Positions 59,774 to 64,000 of a stretch of DNA of 64,000 bases are shown piece by piece (the first letter of the stretch is position 1; each line of letters begins with the position of its first letter). A program made the position numbers and the translations under genes. The notes beneath the pieces were generated by a model. The model was not told where the DNA came from and did no database searches. It worked only from the letters and a program-made list of their open reading frames with translations. The stretch is taken from assembly GCA_964388575.1 (NCBI GenBank), contig CAYMAZ010000011.1, positions 1,141 through 65,140 on the forward strand, in the 5' to 3' direction. The DNA is from an uncultured Bacteroidales bacterium (GTDB lineage Bacteria > Bacteroidota > Bacteroidia > Bacteroidales > DTU049).

Positions 59774-61156
59774 TTATTTGATCATTTTTGATGGATCTAC
59801 CCACATATTAAATTGATCTTCAGTAACAAGACCTGATTCAAGAGCAGCCTGTTTCAGAGTTTTTCCCTCATTATGAGCCTTTTTCGCGATGAATGCAGCA
59901 TTGTCGTATCCAATATGTGGGTTCAGTGCTGTAACAAGCATCAGAGAATTATTCAGATGTCTTTTTATTGTATTATGATTCGGTTCAATTCCTACCACAC
60001 AATTATTCAGAAATGATTTTGAAGCATCTGTAAGCAGTCTTACTGAAAACAACAAGTTATATATCATCATTGGCATAAACACATTAAGCTGAAAATGTCC
60101 GTTTATTCCTCCGATGTTAATTGCGGTATCATTTCCGATGACCTGGGCACATATCATCGTCATGGCCTCAGCTTGTGTCGGGTTTATTTTGCCAGGCATG
60201 ATTGAGGATCCCGGCTCATTTACAGGCAATATAATCTCTCCTATCCCACATCGTGGACCTGAAGCCAGCAACCTGATGTTGTTTGCTATGTGCATCAGAC
60301 TGACAGCCAGTGTTTTCAATGCTCCTGAAGCTTCAACAAGTGCATCATGGGAGGAAAGTGACTCAAATTTATTTTCAGCACTGACAAAATGGTGCCCTGT
60401 AAGGTCGCAGATTTTTGCAGTTACATTTTCCACAAACCCTTCTGGTGCATTGATTCCGGTGCCAACTGCCGTACCACCCAGAGCCAGTTCCGACAAATGT
60501 TTCAGTGAATGTATTACTGTCTGAATTCCATGGCTGATTTGAGAAACATATCCAGAAAATTCCTGACCAAGAGTAAGCGGCGTTGCATCCATTAGATGGG
60601 TTCTGCCGGTTTTGATAATCTTCTCAAATTCCTTCGCTTTTTTGGCAAACCCTTCTTTCAAAGCTTCAACCGCAGGAAGCATTTCTTCTACGATCATCGA
60701 ATAAGCAGCAATACTCATGGCAGATGCAAACATATCATTGGATGACTGTGACTTGTTCACATCATCGTTTGGATGAATATTCCTTTTCCCTTCACCCAGG
60801 GTAAGTCCTGAAAGAACATGAGCTCTGTTTGAAATGACTTCGTTGACGTTCATATTCGTCTGTGTTCCGCTTCCGGTTTGCCATACAACAAGTGGAAAAT
60901 GTTCGTGTAATTTTCCTTCAATAATTTCATCACATACCCGTACAATACATTTACCTTTTTCTTCCAACAGAACACCAAGCTGAACATTCACTATTGCTGC
61001 TGCTTTTTTTGCAATGGCAATTGCCCGGATTATTTCATGAGGCATCAACGTCAATCCAATGTTGAAATTCTGTAATGACCTTTGTGTTTGTGCCCCCCAA
61101 TATTTGTCAGCAGGAACTTCAACAGGTCCAAGACTATCATATTCAATTCTTTTCAT
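59774..61156 (-). CDS. fumC: Class II fumarate hydratase
   Basis: [16 protein letters not shown] (fumarate lyase signature; the PTQ variant is typical of FumC rather than AspA). ..[11 protein letters not shown]... Confidence 0.9.
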   Translation of the reverse strand: MKRIEYDSLGPVEVPADKYWGAQTQRSLQNFNIGLTLMPHEIIRAIAIAKKAAAIVNVQLGVLLEEKGKCIVRVCDEIIEGKLHEHFPLVVWQTGSGTQTNMNVNEVISNRAHVLSGLTLGEGKRNIHPNDDVNKSQSSNDMFASAMSIAAYSMIVEEMLPAVEALKEGFAKKAKEFEKIIKTGRTHLMDATPLTLGQEFSGYVSQISHGIQTVIHSLKHLSELALGGTAVGTGINAPEGFVENVTAKICDLTGHHFVSAENKFESLSSHDALVEASGALKTLAVSLMHIANNIRLLASGPRCGIGEIILPVNEPGSSIMPGKINPTQAEAMTMICAQVIGNDTAINIGGINGHFQLNVFMPMMIYNLLFSVRLLTDASKSFLNNCVVGIEPNHNTIKRHLNNSLMLVTALNPHIGYDNAAFIAKKAHNEGKTLKQAALESGLVTEDQFNMWVDPSKMIK

Positions 61157-61189
61157 GATGTATCATCAATTAAAAAATCTTTGCATTAT

Positions 61190-62809
61190 TCAAATCATTT
61201 TGTAGAAATCATTTCCCTTGTCATCCACAAGAATAAATGCGGGAAAATTTTCAACTGTAATTTTATAAATTGCTTCCATTCCAAGTTCTGGATATTCGAT
61301 CAATTCTACCTTTCTGATGTTTTCCTGCGCCAGAATAGCAGCAGGACCTCCAATACTTCCCAGATAAAAACCACCATACTTTTTACAGGCATCAGTGACT
61401 ACCTGGGATCTGTTTCCTTTGGCAATCATAATCATGCTTCCTCCATGCTGCTGAAACAGATCTACATATGAATCCATTCTTCCTGCTGTTGTCGGTCCGA
61501 AAGATCCGGAAGGCAATCCTTCAGGAGTTTTTGCAGGACCAGCATAATATACGGGATGATCTTTTACATATCGGGGCAATCCTTCACCATTTTCAAGTCT
61601 TTCCCTGAGCTTTGCATGAGCAATATCACGGGCTACAATGATTGTTCCATTCAGAGTAAGCCTGGTTCCAACAGGATGTTTGCTTAATTCCTTCAGGACA
61701 GAATCCATGGGCAGTTCAAGATTCACACGAACTGCTCCGGCATTATCATCTGAATTTCTGAGATGTTCAGGAATAAACCGACCAGGATTGGTTTCAAGCT
61801 TCTCAATCCATATGCCGTGCCTGTTGATCTTTGCTCTGATATTCCTGTCTGCAGCACACGAAACACCCATTCCCACAGGACAGGATGCACCATGTCTGGG
61901 CAGTCTGATCACTCGAATATCAAGCGCAAAATATTTCCCGCCAAACTGAGCACCGATTCCTGTTTCCCGGGCTGCTTTGTATAATTCTTCTTCCAGTCCG
62001 ATGTCACGAAAGGCTTGTCCTCCCCTATTCCCTTCACGAGGAAGATAATCCAGATATTTTGTAGTAGCAAGCTTTACAGTTTTGAGATTGTCTTCCGCCG
62101 ATTTACCACCTATCACAAAGGCTACATGATATGGTGGACATGCAGCTGTGCCAAGAGATTTGAGTTTTGATACAAGATATTCCTTCAGTCTGTCCGGATT
62201 CAACAATGCTTTGGTTTCCTGAAAAAGTGCAGTTTTATTCGCCGATCCCCCACCCTTGGCAATAAATAAAAAATTGTACTCATCACCTTTTGTTGCATAT
62301 ATATCAATCTGAGCCGGCAGATTATTCCCTGAATTAATTTCATGATACATATCAAGTGGAACAATTTGTGAGTACCTCAGATTTTCTTCTATATAGGTTT
62401 TGAAAATCCCTTTTGACAAGGCTTCCTCGTCATGTCCACCTGTCCACACTGCCTGACCTTTTTTTGCATATATGGTTGCTGTGCCGGTATCCTGACAAAA
62501 AGGCAAAACGCCCTGAGCGGATATTTCAGCATTACGAAGCATGGTAACTGCAACATACCTGTCATTGTCACTTGCATCCGGATCTTTGAGAATTGCTGCC
62601 AGTTGCAGCGCATGTTCTGTTCTTACCATAAAGGAAACATCTTTCATTGCCCTTGATGCAAGTATTTCAAGTGCCACAGGATCAACGACGAGAACCTCTT
62701 GTCCATTAAACCGGTTGATTTTCACATAATCTGATGATAGTAAATAATAATCTGTATCATCTGAATCCAAAGGAAATGGCTCCTGATAAACAAATTCCAA
62801 TTTTTTCAT
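61190..62809 (-). CDS. Class I (Fe-S dependent) fumarate hydratase, fused alpha/beta type
   Basis: 539 aa. ..PFCQDTGTA.., ..AACPPYH.., ..SCAADR.. (cluster Cys ligands) and a C-terminal beta-domain (..[12 protein letters not shown]...[10 protein letters not shown]). Confidence 0.9.
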   Translation of the reverse strand: MKKLEFVYQEPFPLDSDDTDYYLLSSDYVKINRFNGQEVLVVDPVALEILASRAMKDVSFMVRTEHALQLAAILKDPDASDNDRYVAVTMLRNAEISAQGVLPFCQDTGTATIYAKKGQAVWTGGHDEEALSKGIFKTYIEENLRYSQIVPLDMYHEINSGNNLPAQIDIYATKGDEYNFLFIAKGGGSANKTALFQETKALLNPDRLKEYLVSKLKSLGTAACPPYHVAFVIGGKSAEDNLKTVKLATTKYLDYLPREGNRGGQAFRDIGLEEELYKAARETGIGAQFGGKYFALDIRVIRLPRHGASCPVGMGVSCAADRNIRAKINRHGIWIEKLETNPGRFIPEHLRNSDDNAGAVRVNLELPMDSVLKELSKHPVGTRLTLNGTIIVARDIAHAKLRERLENGEGLPRYVKDHPVYYAGPAKTPEGLPSGSFGPTTAGRMDSYVDLFQQHGGSMIMIAKGNRSQVVTDACKKYGGFYLGSIGGPAAILAQENIRKVELIEYPELGMEAIYKITVENFPAFILVDDKGNDFYKMI

Positions 62810-63009
62810 AATATTAAAATTTTTGATGAAATTTGGATAGGGTAACTTTTTTTCAAATATAAGATTTATTGTTATACATTACATCCTTTTCTTATATGAA
62901 TTGCTCGGGATTTTTCAAAAAAGTGAAGTCAATTCTGAAAAAAGCATGTTTCATAGGAAAGTACTCGTTGTGTTTCGGAGTCCTTTGACTATTTATAAAG
63001 TTTTGTACG

Positions 63010-63017
63010 TATTTTTG
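63010..63017 (+). promoter_or_regulatory. Candidate -7 box TATTTTTG
   Basis: TAnnTTTG match 18 nt upstream of the ATG at 63035. Confidence 0.4.
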
Positions 63018-63034
63018 CAAAAAATGAAAACAGA

Positions 63035-64000
63035 ATGAAAAAACAAATGTTTCCCTGGCGAATTATGATTTTGGCTTTATTATTCCATTCATGCAGTTTA
63101 AGCAGTTATGAAGTTTATAAACTGGATCAACTGAACGATTTCCTGAAAAAAGAAGGCATGTTTTACTTTCTTCCTCGAACAGTGATCAATTTTGAGATCA
63201 CAATTGAAAAATCAGATCAAATCAAAGGTCCTTATGCTGCTTTTTCAGCCAAGTATCTGGGTATTTCCAACGTCATCACTGAAAACAGTACTAAATACAG
63301 CATCGTTGATCTTAAAATCAAAACTCAAAATGAGCCTGATCCTGAGAAAATATTTTACATTTCTTTTCCAAACTGCATAAACAAAAAACATCAGCTGTTG
63401 ATATCACTGAAAGAAAATGGCATTATTGAGAGTGTGAATTTTGATGTCGATTCACTTTCAGTTCAAAATCAACAAATGAAATTTTCTTCACTGCAAAATG
63501 AATTTGAAGAAGAAGGACAGCCTTTTAAAATGTTCATCAATTATAATATTCTCGAAAAAGTTGACACCATTGTAGAGTTTATTCACATGGATACAATTAC
63601 CATTGAAAAACAAATTTACAAGCGCTCTGTCATAGAAAAAGACTTGGAACACAGAGCTAAAGAAGCTTCAGAATATATCATAAAACTAAATGAATACAAA
63701 ATGAATCTAATAAGTGGTTATCAGGAAGTTACATATTCTGATGCTACGTTAACTCTTATGATCTCGTCAATTGACCAGCAGATTAATGAATATATGTCAT
63801 TGTTTACCGGAAAAACGATCAATCAAACAATGACTTACAATTTCTCTCAGATTCCCGAGTCATCAACCAAAAACACAAGATTATTTTTATTTAGTTTCGA
63901 AAAAAATGAAGGATTGAATGATTTTGAATCTTCAGATCCTTCTAAAAACATATACGTTGAGTTTATGCCCAGCCTAACGACCAGCAAAATTGCACCTGTT
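63035..64000 (+). CDS. Lipoprotein, possibly DUF4831-like (3' end outside window; absent from the ORF track)
   Basis: The ATG at 63035 opens a frame that stays open to base 64000 (322 codons). Translation starts MKKQMFPWRIMILALLFHSCSLSS (lipobox). GMFYFLPRTVINFEITIEK..GPYAAFSAKYLGI resembles DUF4831, from memory only. Confidence 0.55.
   Translation, partial: MKKQMFPWRIMILALLFHSCSLSSYEVYKLDQLNDFLKKEGMFYFLPRTVINFEITIEKSDQIKGPYAAFSAKYLGISNVITENSTKYSIVDLKIKTQNEPDPEKIFYISFPNCINKKHQLLISLKENGIIESVNFDVDSLSVQNQQMKFSSLQNEFEEEGQPFKMFINYNILEKVDTIVEFIHMDTITIEKQIYKRSVIEKDLEHRAKEASEYIIKLNEYKMNLISGYQEVTYSDATLTLMISSIDQQINEYMSLFTGKTINQTMTYNFSQIPESSTKNTRLFLFSFEKNEGLNDFESSDPSKNIYVEFMPSLTTSKIAPV

Noticed and set aside
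60114-61471. Plus-strand ORFs of 136 aa and 129 aa overlapping fumC and the class I fumarase
   Set aside because: They are antisense to well-supported genes and have no recognisable motifs.
59774-62809. Tandem class I and class II fumarases as a novelty
   Set aside because: Adjacent fumA-type and fumC genes are well known, for example in E. coli (fumA-fumC). This is ordinary redundancy between an oxygen-sensitive and an oxygen-stable enzyme.
1-64000. Scan of intergenic regions by eye for tRNA, rRNA, tmRNA, RNase P RNA, riboswitches and CRISPR arrays
   Set aside because: I found no T-arm (GGTTCGAAT-like) cloverleaf candidates, rRNA signatures or spaced direct repeats. A tRNAscan or cmscan run would be needed to exclude them formally.

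Overview
The window is AT-rich and looks like Bacteroidota, probably from an anaerobe. Supporting signs are four cargo proteins with T9SS C-terminal sorting domains, repeated TAnnTTTG -7 promoter boxes, a split transketolase, a class I Fe-S fumarase and a rubrerythrin-like gene. Most of it is housekeeping: rplM-rpsI-rpsB-tsf-pyrH-frr, tkt, lpxD, efp, leuS, sufBCD, rnz, rpmH and two fumarases. There is also an envelope module with two Wzz-like proteins and an O-antigen-ligase-like protein, plus peptidases, a GH20 hexosaminidase and a PAS-rich hybrid histidine kinase. No tRNA, rRNA or CRISPR array was seen. Two things stand out. (1) A family of about 115-125 nt nested-hairpin elements occurs in four full copies (28675-28800, 41450-41569, 49011-49126, 49630-49750), plus a partial copy at 33222-33371 and a possible arm remnant at 28616-28630. 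The stems are kept by fully compensatory sequence changes between copies. Two small inverted-repeat-bounded cassettes pair these elements with GxxExxY (PD-(D/E)XK-like) genes, and two orphan copies sit as direct repeats around a 4.3 kb YfhO segment. (2) A three-gene NuoE-like / NuoF-like / giant fusion cluster (21957-27983). Its 1229-aa third subunit combines 2Fe-2S, GltD-like NAD(P)H flavoprotein, NuoG-type Fe-S and a cofactor-site-degenerate molybdopterin-like domain, resembling Bfu/Stn-type electron-bifurcating transhydrogenases. All family assignments come from motif recognition by eye; no database search or folding computation was possible.
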